Shown here piece by piece: positions 9,777 through 21,028 of a stretch of DNA of 64,000 bases (positions within the stretch are counted from its first letter, which is position 1; each line of letters begins with the position of its first letter). The notes under the pieces were generated by a model that did not search any database, was not told the origin of the DNA, and saw only the letters and a list, made by a program, of their open reading frames with translations. The stretch is taken from IMG/VR virus record IMGVR_UViG_3300031857_000140, positions 2,017 to 66,016 of that record; one strand, given 5' to 3'. Both the position numbers and the translations under genes were made by a program. The stretch comes from a virus (lineage: Duplodnaviria; Caudoviricetes).

Positions 9777-11177
9777 ATGGCAACTACTAGTGCACCTCCC
9801 GTGTATAATGATAGCAAGTCGGCAGTATTTCGCCGGCTTGACCCGACGAAGTACAGCTCACTTGCTGACTTTATCGACGAAGTAAACGCTCCCGACAACC
9901 GCGACCAACTGGTTAAAACCTACGGTTACCAGCAAATCAGCGGTGGTCTTACGGGGTTTCTAAACCTTACCGGCGCCGTACGCGGAAACGGTACCGCCGA
10001 TGAGGTTCAGTACTGGGAAGAAACTCGCCTGCACGCTTACGCGTCTGTAGCTCCTACGGCTTCTGCCGCTGCTGCTGCTACTACGTTCGTAGGCCAGAAG
10101 GCAAGCAGCGATGCTTCTGTTCTTCGTTTGAATGACGTAGTTCTCGTTGGTGGTCAAGACCGTTTCATCGTTACGGCTATTAGCCCGACCGGTGAAGTTT
10201 CTAACACCGCTACTGCTAACTACACGTTCCAATCGCTTTCTAGCGCTGGTTTGACTGCTTCTGTAAGCACGGCTTCTGTTAACCTTCCGGTTATCGGTAA
10301 CCTATTTGCTCAAGGTTCTGACCAGAACCAAGGCTACCTGGAGTCTAACGTTATCAAGCGTACTAACGCTTACAGCATCATCAAGGAAGTATTCAAGGTT
10401 ACCGGTTCGCAAGCAACGAACATCGGCTGGGTTAACGTCGGCAACGGCGACTACCGCTGGTACGTTAAGGGCGAAATGGATACCCGTGCTCGCTTCCTCG
10501 ACAAGCGCGAAATGATGTTGTTGCTCGGAGTTGGAATCCCTTCAACTTCTACCATCACTACTACGAACATCGGAGGTCTTCCTACGGCTGGCGAAGGTTA
10601 CTTCTCTGCCATCGAGAACCGCGGTATCGTACAGTCTGGATACATCGACACCCTCACTGAGATGGACATCTTGGTTGCTGAACTTGACAAGCAAGGCGCT
10701 GCTCCTGAGTACGCTATGTACGTCAACACGGCTCAAGACCTGTACATCGACGACATGGTTGCTTCGTTGAACGGTGCTGCTGGATTCGGAAGCGCTACTA
10801 TCGGTGTTAACGCATTCGGTGGTAAGGTGAACGAAGCTGCAATGCTGGGCTTCAAGTCGTTCTCTCGTGGTTCTTACACGTTCCACAAGCACTCTTGGAA
10901 GCTTCTCAACGACCCGACCTTGCTGTCTGGTTCGAAGTACCTCGGCGTAATGATTCCTATGACCACTGTTGTTGACCCCAAGACTGGCACCCGTGCCGCT
11001 GCCTTGGAGCTTAACTACAAGGACACGAATGGTTACAGCCGCGAAATGGAGCACTGGATGACCGGTTCTATCTTGGGTGTTGCTAACACGAACGAGGACT
11101 CACTGCAGTTCAACTACCGTTCGGAGTGCGCCCTGATTACCCGCGCCGCCAACCAGCATATCCTTATCAAAGGTTAA
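9777..11177 (+). CDS. Major capsid protein
   Basis: 466 aa, strongly biased codons, follows scaffold, followed by strong terminator. Confidence 0.8.
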   Translation: MATTSAPPVYNDSKSAVFRRLDPTKYSSLADFIDEVNAPDNRDQLVKTYGYQQISGGLTGFLNLTGAVRGNGTADEVQYWEETRLHAYASVAPTASAAAAATTFVGQKASSDASVLRLNDVVLVGGQDRFIVTAISPTGEVSNTATANYTFQSLSSAGLTASVSTASVNLPVIGNLFAQGSDQNQGYLESNVIKRTNAYSIIKEVFKVTGSQATNIGWVNVGNGDYRWYVKGEMDTRARFLDKREMMLLLGVGIPSTSTITTTNIGGLPTAGEGYFSAIENRGIVQSGYIDTLTEMDILVAELDKQGAAPEYAMYVNTAQDLYIDDMVASLNGAAGFGSATIGVNAFGGKVNEAAMLGFKSFSRGSYTFHKHSWKLLNDPTLLSGSKYLGVMIPMTTVVDPKTGTRAAALELNYKDTNGYSREMEHWMTGSILGVANTNEDSLQFNYRSECALITRAANQHILIKG

Positions 11178-11189
11178 ACCTGGAAATCG

Positions 11190-11219
11190 GGAGGGGGTTT
11201 CGGCCCCCTCCTTTTTTTT
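11190..11219 (+). terminator. Rho-independent terminator after the capsid gene
   Basis: GGAGGGGGT-TTCG-GCCCCCTCC plus T8. Confidence 0.92.
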
Positions 11220-11241
11220 ACTCTCTTAATTTCATTTAGTT

Positions 11242-12063
11242 ATGACTACTGAACAAGCCCCTACCACCTCCAAGCGAGGTCCCCGCGTCATTGACGCACC
11301 AGCTCCAACAGCTAAGCGTGGAGTGCCCGTTATCAAGCGGGAGCAAGCACCGAGCCTACAGAAAATCTATGAGATTCCTTACGGCGGCGGTATCGTTTGC
11401 AAAATCCGTTCTGAAGCCACTGTATACGACAAGGAAACCAGACAGGTTCGCGGTATCCGTTACTGCCCTAACGAGCCCAGCGTATACACTGACGAACAGA
11501 GCCACAACGCTCGCCGTGAGCACATCCTATTCCGTAATGGAATGTTGATTGTTCCGGAAGACAAACCTAACCTCGCTGCATTCCTTGACCTGCACCCACA
11601 GAACCGTGCTAACGGTGGGGAGCTGTTCATCCTCGTTGAGCGCAGCCGTGACGTACAATTACAGGTTGACCGTGAGTTCTTGCTGCACGATGCAGTTGCT
11701 CTTGTGCGCAACAAGGAGCTCGACGAGCTACTTGCTGTTGCCGTAGCTCTTGGCATCAACATCCAACAGAAGACTATTGAAATTCGCCGCGAGCTTCTCA
11801 CAGAAGCTAAGGCGAATCCAGAGGCCTTCATTAAGATGTTTGACGACCCACGTGTCAAGTGCCGTTCTGCCGTTATCCAAGCCAATGATTTCCAAATCAT
11901 TTCGCTGCGTCCCGATGGAGTGTTCTGGTTTGATAGCGGTCGCCTGATTCTGTCTGTTCCTGCCGGTCAGGACCCGACGGACATCATGGTTCGTTTCTGC
12001 CTCACTGAGAAGGGAGCATCTGTATATGAGGAAATTGTTTCTCGTTTGGAAAAGTTGTCGTAG
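11242..12063 (+). CDS. Hypothetical protein downstream of the capsid gene
   Basis: 273-aa ORF with genome-typical codon usage; position as in crAss-like virion modules. Confidence 0.7.
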   Translation: MTTEQAPTTSKRGPRVIDAPAPTAKRGVPVIKREQAPSLQKIYEIPYGGGIVCKIRSEATVYDKETRQVRGIRYCPNEPSVYTDEQSHNARREHILFRNGMLIVPEDKPNLAAFLDLHPQNRANGGELFILVERSRDVQLQVDREFLLHDAVALVRNKELDELLAVAVALGINIQQKTIEIRRELLTEAKANPEAFIKMFDDPRVKCRSAVIQANDFQIISLRPDGVFWFDSGRLILSVPAGQDPTDIMVRFCLTEKGASVYEEIVSRLEKLS

Positions 12064-12123
12064 ATTTGCTCTACACATCAAGCGTCAGACCAATCTGGTT
12101 GGTATCTCTGGTCTGACAAAATT

Positions 12124-12150
12124 GGGGGCTTAGGCCCCCTTTTTCTTTTT
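12124..12150 (+). terminator. Rho-independent terminator
   Basis: GGGGGC-ttag-GCCCCC plus T-tract. Confidence 0.8.
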
Positions 12151-12176
12151 GTATATTTGCTTCAAAGCCAAAGACT

Positions 12177-12929
12177 ATGGCAAGTGTAGAAAGAGTATAC
12201 CGTGCAGTAAAGGACATAGCGAACAAAGACCAGCGTGGATTCATCACGCCGGCCATCTTTAACGAGTTCGCAGGCATCGCTCAGATGAACGTTTTCAACC
12301 GTTTATTTGACGAGATGGGCCTTTCTGTACGTATGCGCCGCAGTGGCGCAGATGCCCAGCGACAGTTCGCTAAGGCAAAGAAAATAGAGGAAGACCTCTC
12401 AACGTTTTCCAAGAAAGCAACGCTGAATCTTGTTGCTGGAGTAGCAGATAAGCCGTCTGACTTTGCTCGTGTTATCGCAATCACAACTCCGGGTAAGTAC
12501 GTGCTAGGAAACTACCAGCAGTACCAGGTACAGATTGTGTACAATACCGAGCACATGGACAGAATCTTAACGAGCGACCTGTCTCGTCCCACGAGCTCTG
12601 CCCCCGTTGCTTTGATTGGAAACCAGATTGAGGTGTTCCCAAATACGAATACCAGCATCACGTCTGTTGTACTGCGCTACTACAAGCTTCCGCAGGGAAT
12701 CGTTCCAACTACTGGAGCGAAGACCGCCTCTGCTCCAACATACGGATATACCTCGGTAGTTCCCGGTGTTGAGCTGTACTCTGCAGCCAACAGCGTTGAC
12801 TTTGAGATGCCTGAGCAGTACTTCACCGAATTGGTAACGGAGATTTTGACGCTTGTAGGCGTCAATCTCCGCGACAGCGATGTGTACAACTACGGAGCAA
12901 GTGAAACCACCAAAGACGAAGCTCAATAA
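12177..12929 (+). CDS. Tail ring / head-tail adaptor protein
   Basis: IANKDQRGFITPAIFN..A..AQ and LRYYKLP motifs; position. Confidence 0.65.
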   Translation: MASVERVYRAVKDIANKDQRGFITPAIFNEFAGIAQMNVFNRLFDEMGLSVRMRRSGADAQRQFAKAKKIEEDLSTFSKKATLNLVAGVADKPSDFARVIAITTPGKYVLGNYQQYQVQIVYNTEHMDRILTSDLSRPTSSAPVALIGNQIEVFPNTNTSITSVVLRYYKLPQGIVPTTGAKTASAPTYGYTSVVPGVELYSAANSVDFEMPEQYFTELVTEILTLVGVNLRDSDVYNYGASETTKDEAQ

Positions 12930-13672
12930 TGGCTAACGCATACATTCCAGTTGACCAGGTAGTCAATGACTACATCATTGCAATGCAGGAGGACGACTAT
13001 GCGTCCAATGTATCTGACTATCAGTTGCGCCAGTATGCCCTTCGCGGAATCCGCGAGTTTGGCATGGACATCGCTGCAAACATCAAGAGCACGCTGCTTG
13101 ATGTAAACGAGCAGTATGGATACGTAGAAATCCCATGTGATTTGTTGGCCCTTACAAAAATCGGACAGCTTGGTAGCGATGGTCTTGTCTACGTATTCGC
13201 GGAGAACAAGAACATGAACCTGCTAAAGAATCAGCCTGCTGAAGATGTCCCCGACTATCTGTTGGGCTTTGACTCGTACGTGTTCCGCAACTTCATATTT
13301 GAAAACACCGTTGGTCGTCTCTACGGGATGGGCGGCGGTCAGGGCGCTGGTGAGTACCGCATGAACTGGGCTGAGAACCGCATTGAGATTTCAATGCTGT
13401 CCGACACCACGCAGGTCGTAATCGAGTACATCTCCGACGAGGCCAAGTCCGATAATCCTTCTGTTCCTACTGCTGCTGAGGAAGCACTTCGAGCCTATAT
13501 GTACTGGAAGACGCTGGAGCGTAAATCCAGCGTACCGATGGGCGAGAAGCAACGTGCTCGCGCAGAATACTACAATCAGCTTCGCCTGGCTAACGCCCGC
13601 CTGAAGTCATTCAGCAAGGATGATGCTCTGCAAATCATCCGCCGCAACTACCGTCTTAGTCCTAAAGCATAA
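12929..13672 (+). CDS. Tail tubular / ring protein
   Basis: VVIEYISD...VP..AEEALRAY...ARL pattern; position. Confidence 0.65.
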   Translation: MANAYIPVDQVVNDYIIAMQEDDYASNVSDYQLRQYALRGIREFGMDIAANIKSTLLDVNEQYGYVEIPCDLLALTKIGQLGSDGLVYVFAENKNMNLLKNQPAEDVPDYLLGFDSYVFRNFIFENTVGRLYGMGGGQGAGEYRMNWAENRIEISMLSDTTQVVIEYISDEAKSDNPSVPTAAEEALRAYMYWKTLERKSSVPMGEKQRARAEYYNQLRLANARLKSFSKDDALQIIRRNYRLSPKA

Positions 13673-13675
13673 TCT

Positions 13676-16600
13676 ATGCCGTCTATTGATAAGCTCATAC
13701 CGCGCTATCTCAACACTGATGACGATGAGCGTCTCGTTAAGAGCGTAGAAATGACGGATGCGCAGAACTTGCGCATCTCTGTCGACGTTGAACGTGATGC
13801 GCTTGTAATCAAAAATGCTTATGGAAACGTAGCGAGGTCTAGCACGCTTGAGAACGGCTCCATGCCAGCGGGAACCAACAAGGCTCTCGGCTCTGTTGCT
13901 GACGACACCACCAATCAGATTTACTTCGCTGTGTACAACAGCGGTGGAAACCACTTGATTGTGCGCTACGATGCCAACGGAAAGAAGGCATACAAGGTAT
14001 ACCAAAGCTCAGTACTGCAGTTTTCATTGGACTCGTTTGTGCAGATGTCTATCGTGCGCAACTCCAACACGGACATCCTTCTCTACCTCAACGACGGCCT
14101 TAGCGCTCCGAAGAAGATAAATGCCACCAAGGCAGAGCAGAGCCTTACGGGCAATGGAGGATACCCTTCTACGTTCCTTAATGGAACTAGTGAGGAGAAG
14201 CTGTTGTACATCACGGTGGCTAAGCAGCCACCTTTGGCGCCGCCCACAATCACGTTCGTAAACAACCCATCGTACCCGCAGAACGAAATGTTCGAGAAGA
14301 ACTTTCAGTTTGCATACCAGTATGAGTACATCGACGGTGAGCAGAGCGCTCTAAGCCCATACTCTCGTTTGGCGGTATCGGCATCGCAGTTGAAAGACGG
14401 ATTCATCAATACCGGACAGAAGAACTTCTTCAACCAGATTAACGTAACGGTAGCCAACAACAAGGGCGACGTTAGCAAAATCAAGGTATATGCTCGTCGT
14501 GGAGACCGCGATGCGCCTTTCTTCTTGATTGCTACGCTGTTGAATAACCCTTCTGGTGGAACGCAGGTAGTGAACTTCCGCGATGACCAGAGCTTCATTC
14601 CTTTGGCAGCGGAGGTGCAGGACAAGCGTTACGACAACGTACCACAGGTTGCTGACTCTCAGGCTATATGCAGTAGCCGCCTCTTTTATGGCGGCTACAC
14701 CGAGGGCTACCCGAACCTATCTGTTGAGGGCACGAGCGTCACTCCGAACTACAACGAGAAGACCACGCCCATCGACATAGATGTTCAGTTCGTTTCAAAT
14801 CCAGCTTCTGCGTTTGATGACCCTACTGAGCAGAACAGATACTTCTCAATCAACTACGCAAACATTCCTGCTGTTGTAACGGAAGACTCTTCGGTATTCT
14901 TGTCCTTTTCTTGGGACGACGGATTTGTTGTCCTAAAGAATAGGCTTGGAGACAACGACAACTACAACTTCTGGATGCAGGGTGGGGCTCCGAGCGCAAA
15001 CGACATTTCTGTTAAGCCAGGTGGCGTTGGTTTGTTTTCAACTATGTCTGCGGCAGAAAAGGCTTCAGCCATCTCTGGTATTAGAATACCGGCGCCAAAC
15101 CAAGGAGAGCCCGGCCCAAATGCCGATGGACCACTCAACTGTCCGCCAACTATCCGTTTCATCAAGCAAAAAGGAACGAGCGAGACAGAAGACCGTGAAG
15201 TACCCATTGAGGCTATACGCAATGGAATCAAATTGCTTACCAGCGGAATTCAAGTGCGTAAGCGTATTGACATTCCAGCTGGGACTACTCGACTTCGCGT
15301 AATACAAATCATCGAAGGACAGATATTGGGTCGCTATCCAATCTTAGCTAATCCTCAGCCTGGAAACGGTGGATTCAGTACGTTTACCACGTCTGATGCT
15401 ACTGCTGGAACTGTTGAATCTGCAGCATTCAAGGGAAAGGGATATGCCTATATCTGGCCTGTATCTGAGGGTTCTACTTCTACGTTAAAGACCTATAAGG
15501 TCCTAATTGATACCCTTACTATTTCCATTGACAAGTTTGTCTTTGGTCAAAAGCAAACGGATGTTATTGACCCAGATTCTCCAACAGCTCAGTTTGACTT
15601 CATCGAGGGTCCATCAAACTCAAAGGACCAGAACAACCGGATTATCATCAACCAATACGTAAGTAATGGTCGTGGTCAAGAGGTAAAGCTCGGTCCTGGA
15701 TATGCTCAGGGTGAAACTCGCGACGGTCAAGTGCTACGCACCAATGCATCTGTTACGTCGGGTGGTTGCTTCCTTATCCCCCGTGATAAGATGGACGGCC
15801 AGCGCTGCTTCAAGTCGGGCTCAGCTCACCAGCTTGGCATCGTGTACTTCGATGACCGTGGTCGTGCAGGTGGCGTTCAGCGAGTAGGAACAGCAGAAAT
15901 CCTGCACACCAATAACCGCGCCACACAGAACAACCTTGACGGATTCGCAAACATCGTTATGCGAATCAAGCACAAGCCACCCGTATGGGCAAAGAGATAC
16001 TCTCCGGTATACGCTGGAGTTGGCTCTGTGGTTAACAAGGTTCAGTACAGCGTAGGTGGTGCATACCTCGCATTCAACGACCAATCCAATCAGGGTTCAT
16101 TTGGTGCAAACCAGAGCATCTATCTGGCGTTAAATACCCTGCAAGGCAAGGAGAACTCGTACACCAACCAGTTTGGTGCCATGATTGAATACGGCTTTGC
16201 CATTGGTGATAAGGTGCGCATCGTCCGTTACGGAAACAACCAAAAGGTTCAGTACGTATTCAAAGTCGTTAAGACCGTCAACCTGATTGACGACCTGGCC
16301 ATCAACCCGCTGTTAGATAGAAGCTCTAAGGCTTCTATCCAAAACACCACGGGTACGTTCTTGGTCATTGAGGAAAACGAAGGAGCTACTGGCTTCAATG
16401 CGAAGAGTATCCTTAACAACAACAGCAATTGGAACGACGATTGCGTTATTGAGATATTCCGAGAGAATAAGGCCTTTGACAGCAAGCTATACTACGAGAT
16501 TGGAACTAGCCTTCCCATCACGAGCGGTGTTCACGCTTCTGAGCGTGTAACAGGCTCAAGCTCGGTAAAGGTTACTGCTCAGAGCGCAAATACAGTAACG

Positions 16601-18745
16601 GCCTACTCGGTCAACCAATTCTACAAGGGTGACATCATTGAGGATGACTTTGGGAATCAAATCATCGTAGGCAACGTAACGCCAAGTACCGCAGAGACCG
16701 GATTTAACTATCTGTTCTACGGCACAACAGCTAATACATTCGTTACGCCGTACACGGCTACGTTTGACGTAGCCAACCCAGATTCTATTGTGATGCTCAG
16801 CGCGGGAGACTCGTACTTCCGTTTGCGCACCTTGCTCACAGGAGCAGGTGCTGCAAACCAGAACATCATCAGCAATACGCGCATTGCCTTTGCTCAGAAC
16901 AACATCGTTGACTTCATCGAGGACCCACGGGTTAGTGACTTCTACGAGTCTGACTTCCAATCACTTGGCCGTTCATTCCCGTATCTTCCAGATGCGAAGA
17001 CTTACAAGCGCATTGGCTCACTCACGTGGTCTGACCCATTCAACAACGAGAACACCACCCTTGGCCTTTCTTCGTTCAACCTAACGAAGATTAACTACAA
17101 GGACTTGGCCTACGACTACGGTTCCATCCGTAGTCTTGTTCCGTACAATGAGATGATGTACGTATTGCACGAGCGACGTGCTGGCATCATTCCTGTTGGT
17201 CGCAACATCATCACCGCAGATACCGGAGAATCGCTTGTCGCCTCTAACTTGATTCTCGGCCCAGTGAAATACTACACTGGTGAATTTGGAATCAACAACA
17301 ATCCTGAATCTGTTGCCTCTTATCGTGGCTACGTGTTCTTCATTGACGCTATCGCTGCAAAGGTGTGCCGTATCGGATTTGAGAGCGGAATTGAGGTAAT
17401 CAGCGAACAGCTTGTTGATGCGTTCTTTGAGGACAATCTGTACTCTACGGTAACCACGGCCACAAACCGCCGTTACATCGGCGGTGTGGACAAGGAGAAC
17501 ACCGAGTACATCATCAGTGCTGCAGCGCTTTACACTTCCGAGATTACCGTTGAAGATGACCTAACCGGAAATACTGTCAATGGATTCGGTTCTACTAACA
17601 GCGCCTCATCGTTAATCAATGCTGTCCCAGTTTACGACGACAGCCTGACGTTCAACTTTGAGTCAGACCCTCGTGACTTTGACATCAACCAAGACACCTT
17701 TGGAACATCTGGTGCTGGTCTGATTATTACAGACCAGCTAACCAATCAGCCCATCATTGCACTTGCGGAGAGCTACTCTCCAGCATATCAAGATGGAGCA
17801 CTCACGAGTGCTATTCCAGTTGCGGTTACCAGCTCTTCGTTTGATGCGTTTATGCTGTCGACCTTTAGCCAGCAGACTACGCAGCTAACGCTGACCAATT
17901 CTGCTGAGTCAACGGGAACGATTACCAATACTGTTGAGACACTACCTGCATTCACTATAGCTTACGACATTCGTGGAAACTACTGGAGCACGAGGTATTC
18001 GTACATACCTGAGCAAATTGTTTCGCTCTCTGATGCGGTCTACACCTTCAAGAACGGAATTATTTACGAACATAATCCTACTGTTGCTCGTAATACATTT
18101 TATGGCGTTGCTGCTCCAAGCATCGTTGAAGTGATTTCAAACTTCAATCCTTCAATGGTAAAGGTCTACGAGGCCATTAGCCTCGAAGGAAACAGCAATG
18201 CTTGGTCTTGTACGCTGAATAACTCAACGCAGAACTCAGCAATCGCAAGCAGCATCTGGCAAGACAAGGAAGGCTTCTACTACGCGCCAATCCATCAGGA
18301 TTCAACGATGGGGACCATCTCTACCACTTCAACAGCTAACATCACCTCGGTAGATGGAACCTCGCAGTTCTTCTCTTTGGGTGTAGTTAACTCCGCCTCT
18401 GGTAGCGTCATCAACTTCAAGAACGCAATCAACAACATTCCGTTCCCAGTTGGTAGCACCACTGCGCTGTACAAGTTGAACTCTGTTTCTAGCCGCCTGG
18501 AGCCTCTCGGCTACCGCGCGGACAGCAAGAGTGGTGAGAAGCAAATCACCTGCAACGCAACGGCTTTAGGTCTGGTACAGAACGATGTAGTAATCCTTGT
18601 GGCTACTCCATCCATTGAAGGCGACCAGATGCGTGACTACTATATGCAGGCTACGCTTACGAATTCGCTAACTACTCCACACGAGTTGTACGCGATTAAC
18701 TTGATATACACAAAGTCTAACCTACATAACCAGCAAGGTCAGTAA
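13676..18745 (+). CDS. Tail stabilisation / nozzle protein (P22 gp10-like, crAss-like)
   Basis: LNTDDDERL...DAQNLR N-terminus, FKSG..HQLGIVYFDDRGR, GEFGINNNPES, WSTRYSYIPE. Confidence 0.75.
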   Translation: MPSIDKLIPRYLNTDDDERLVKSVEMTDAQNLRISVDVERDALVIKNAYGNVARSSTLENGSMPAGTNKALGSVADDTTNQIYFAVYNSGGNHLIVRYDANGKKAYKVYQSSVLQFSLDSFVQMSIVRNSNTDILLYLNDGLSAPKKINATKAEQSLTGNGGYPSTFLNGTSEEKLLYITVAKQPPLAPPTITFVNNPSYPQNEMFEKNFQFAYQYEYIDGEQSALSPYSRLAVSASQLKDGFINTGQKNFFNQINVTVANNKGDVSKIKVYARRGDRDAPFFLIATLLNNPSGGTQVVNFRDDQSFIPLAAEVQDKRYDNVPQVADSQAICSSRLFYGGYTEGYPNLSVEGTSVTPNYNEKTTPIDIDVQFVSNPASAFDDPTEQNRYFSINYANIPAVVTEDSSVFLSFSWDDGFVVLKNRLGDNDNYNFWMQGGAPSANDISVKPGGVGLFSTMSAAEKASAISGIRIPAPNQGEPGPNADGPLNCPPTIRFIKQKGTSETEDREVPIEAIRNGIKLLTSGIQVRKRIDIPAGTTRLRVIQIIEGQILGRYPILANPQPGNGGFSTFTTSDATAGTVESAAFKGKGYAYIWPVSEGSTSTLKTYKVLIDTLTISIDKFVFGQKQTDVIDPDSPTAQFDFIEGPSNSKDQNNRIIINQYVSNGRGQEVKLGPGYAQGETRDGQVLRTNASVTSGGCFLIPRDKMDGQRCFKSGSAHQLGIVYFDDRGRAGGVQRVGTAEILHTNNRATQNNLDGFANIVMRIKHKPPVWAKRYSPVYAGVGSVVNKVQYSVGGAYLAFNDQSNQGSFGANQSIYLALNTLQGKENSYTNQFGAMIEYGFAIGDKVRIVRYGNNQKVQYVFKVVKTVNLIDDLAINPLLDRSSKASIQNTTGTFLVIEENEGATGFNAKSILNNNSNWNDDCVIEIFRENKAFDSKLYYEIGTSLPITSGVHASERVTGSSSVKVTAQSANTVTAYSVNQFYKGDIIEDDFGNQIIVGNVTPSTAETGFNYLFYGTTANTFVTPYTATFDVANPDSIVMLSAGDSYFRLRTLLTGAGAANQNIISNTRIAFAQNNIVDFIEDPRVSDFYESDFQSLGRSFPYLPDAKTYKRIGSLTWSDPFNNENTTLGLSSFNLTKINYKDLAYDYGSIRSLVPYNEMMYVLHERRAGIIPVGRNIITADTGESLVASNLILGPVKYYTGEFGINNNPESVASYRGYVFFIDAIAAKVCRIGFESGIEVISEQLVDAFFEDNLYSTVTTATNRRYIGGVDKENTEYIISAAALYTSEITVEDDLTGNTVNGFGSTNSASSLINAVPVYDDSLTFNFESDPRDFDINQDTFGTSGAGLIITDQLTNQPIIALAESYSPAYQDGALTSAIPVAVTSSSFDAFMLSTFSQQTTQLTLTNSAESTGTITNTVETLPAFTIAYDIRGNYWSTRYSYIPEQIVSLSDAVYTFKNGIIYEHNPTVARNTFYGVAAPSIVEVISNFNPSMVKVYEAISLEGNSNAWSCTLNNSTQNSAIASSIWQDKEGFYYAPIHQDSTMGTISTTSTANITSVDGTSQFFSLGVVNSASGSVINFKNAINNIPFPVGSTTALYKLNSVSSRLEPLGYRADSKSGEKQITCNATALGLVQNDVVILVATPSIEGDQMRDYYMQATLTNSLTTPHELYAINLIYTKSNLHNQQGQ

Positions 18746-18764
18746 AAAACCTTATTTTTGTAAT

Positions 18765-19721
18765 ATGGCTCAACCCAAGAAATTTGTTGTAGGAGGTCTG
18801 TTGAATCTTGGCTATGGTCTTGCCACTGCTGGAGCTTCTTACGCTCAGCGCCAGAAGGCACTACGTCAGGCAGCACAGCTCGACCAAGCCGAAGAAGGAA
18901 ACATCATGTCCCTCGCTGCTCGCCGTCGTGTTGCTCGTCAAGAGACCGATTCGCAGGCTGCGTTAGACCAGGCTGCTCGTTCTACTGCGTCTACGCTTGC
19001 CGCGGCCCAAGAGGCCGGCGGCTCACGTGCTGTTCAGGCTATTTCACCTTCTGCTGCTCGCGCTCAAGAAGAGGCAACGAATCGTGCTCTGCAGCAGTTC
19101 GGTGCCTACGGTGCACAGATGAGCCAGCAAGAAGACTCCGACCTAATCAATATGCGTCGTGCTCGCCTTTCAGAGCAGCGCAGTGGCTTACAGGCCGCTG
19201 CTGATGCGGCAACACAGAACATGGTTCAAGGTCTTGGACTTGCTGCCGGTGGTCTTGCTCAGACCCTTGGTGGTCTTCCCAAGATGGGAAAGAAAGACAA
19301 AACATCTCCTGATGCTATCACGTCTCAAGCTCCCGGAACATCTAAGATGGGTGAGTTTGCTGCCGGACAGATGCAAGAGATTCGTGGTGCATTATCAACT
19401 CCGCTTGCCCGTCCAAAGGTTAAGATTGGAACTCCATCCAATGAAAACTTCGTAGGTGAGGGAATCGAAATGGAAGAAGTGGATGTAAAGCCACAAGGTA
19501 TGGCTCAAGGCGGTAAGGCTGTAAAGACACCTGGTGCATTCTCTCATAAGACCAATCCTATTGACGTTATGAAAGACGGAAAGAAGATTGCAGAAATGAC
19601 TGGCGGCGAATATATCTTTAACCCTAAGCAGTCTGAAACGATGCGCAATCTTTCGAAGAACGGAAACTCTGCTCTTCATAAGTTTGTCCGTGACTTGCTA
19701 AGTAAACGCCAATTCAAATAA
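18765..19721 (+). CDS. Putative ejection/pilot protein 1
   Basis: Ala/Gln-rich helical body; C-terminal MAQGG...SH...EMTGGEYIFN motif. Confidence 0.6.
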   Translation: MAQPKKFVVGGLLNLGYGLATAGASYAQRQKALRQAAQLDQAEEGNIMSLAARRRVARQETDSQAALDQAARSTASTLAAAQEAGGSRAVQAISPSAARAQEEATNRALQQFGAYGAQMSQQEDSDLINMRRARLSEQRSGLQAAADAATQNMVQGLGLAAGGLAQTLGGLPKMGKKDKTSPDAITSQAPGTSKMGEFAAGQMQEIRGALSTPLARPKVKIGTPSNENFVGEGIEMEEVDVKPQGMAQGGKAVKTPGAFSHKTNPIDVMKDGKKIAEMTGGEYIFNPKQSETMRNLSKNGNSALHKFVRDLLSKRQFK

Positions 19722-21028
19722 TGCGTAACGCAGACTACATACCAGTTGGTCAGATTCCAATGATTGACCTTGGCGCCCAGTATGAGGCAGCCAAGTCCCG
19801 TCGTGAGGAAGCTGAAAACCGCAAGCTGGAATACCTAAGCCAGTTCAAAAGAGTCCGTGGTCCTTTGACCGACGGACTCAAGCCTGAGATTCAAAAGCGT
19901 TGGGATTCTATCGAGGCGCTGTTGGAAGAAGGAGATATGTCATTGGATGGACGCAAGAAGCTTCAGCAGCAGTATCAAGACTACGCTGACTTCGCGTCAT
20001 ACGGAGTTGACTTTACTCGCGCTCTTGATGAGCGCGAAGCAGAGGTTCTGGCAAACCCAGAGCGCTACAATCTTGACGTGCTGAAGGAGCTTGAAACATA
20101 CCGCACGGTTACCCCGACAGCAGAGGCGTTCATGAATATGTCGCTTCCCAGCCTTTCTCAGTACTCGAAGTACACGCCGAAAAAGATGTCTCCGAAGGAG
20201 ATGGCCTTTAGCGTTTACGAGAACGCCAAGAACTTTGACGCTCTTGACAACTTCCGCAACAAAGACGGAAGCATCAACAGCAATGCCGTTAAGGAAGCTG
20301 TTGCCGCTCAGTACATTGGCCTTACCGATGAGGAGATTCGCAACATTGCTGCTGACCGCCTAGCCAAGCTTGGACGCTTGACTGGCTCAGTAGACGATGT
20401 GTACGCTCTTGATTCATTGACCAAGGATGACCTGCTTCGCTACCAAGAGGAGCACATGGCAGAAGTAGAGGAGCGCCTATTGGGTGAGCTTGCTAAAGAT
20501 GTTGAGACTGCTGCCGAGAAGCGTGCTGCTGAGCTGCGCGACTACGCAGCGAAGGTTGGCATCCAAGGCCGTCAAAGCGAGCGTGAGATTCGTCTCCGTT
20601 CACAGATGGACAAAGATGCACAGACCCCTGCGGCAACTCGAAACATCTATGCTCCGATTATGTCATTCCTTGACAATGAAATCACCAGCGATATGTTTGA
20701 TGCAGACGACGTTAAGACTGCTAAAAACATAGGCGCTGCGTTAAGTAAGATTGGCTTTGAAGTTGATGATGCTGGGTTCTTTGCAGAGCAAATAAAAATC
20801 AAGTCTCCAGATGGTAAAGAAGTAACTATTGACTTGCCGGAGACCTTTGATGGACAGTCTGCTGACGCTTTCAAAGCACAGATTTCTCAGGCGATAATCA
20901 ACAATCTTCCCGGTGAAAACGAGGGAGACAAATTGATGTACTTGAACAGGTTGTATAGTTCTGGAATCGTTCCACAGGAAGGTGGGGGTGCCTCAGCTGA
21001 AGAACTACGGAAAAAATATAATTACTAA
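19721..21028 (+). CDS. Putative ejection protein 2
   Basis: Helical charged protein between pilot and giant internal protein. Confidence 0.55.
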   Translation: MRNADYIPVGQIPMIDLGAQYEAAKSRREEAENRKLEYLSQFKRVRGPLTDGLKPEIQKRWDSIEALLEEGDMSLDGRKKLQQQYQDYADFASYGVDFTRALDEREAEVLANPERYNLDVLKELETYRTVTPTAEAFMNMSLPSLSQYSKYTPKKMSPKEMAFSVYENAKNFDALDNFRNKDGSINSNAVKEAVAAQYIGLTDEEIRNIAADRLAKLGRLTGSVDDVYALDSLTKDDLLRYQEEHMAEVEERLLGELAKDVETAAEKRAAELRDYAAKVGIQGRQSEREIRLRSQMDKDAQTPAATRNIYAPIMSFLDNEITSDMFDADDVKTAKNIGAALSKIGFEVDDAGFFAEQIKIKSPDGKEVTIDLPETFDGQSADAFKAQISQAIINNLPGENEGDKLMYLNRLYSSGIVPQEGGGASAEELRKKYNY

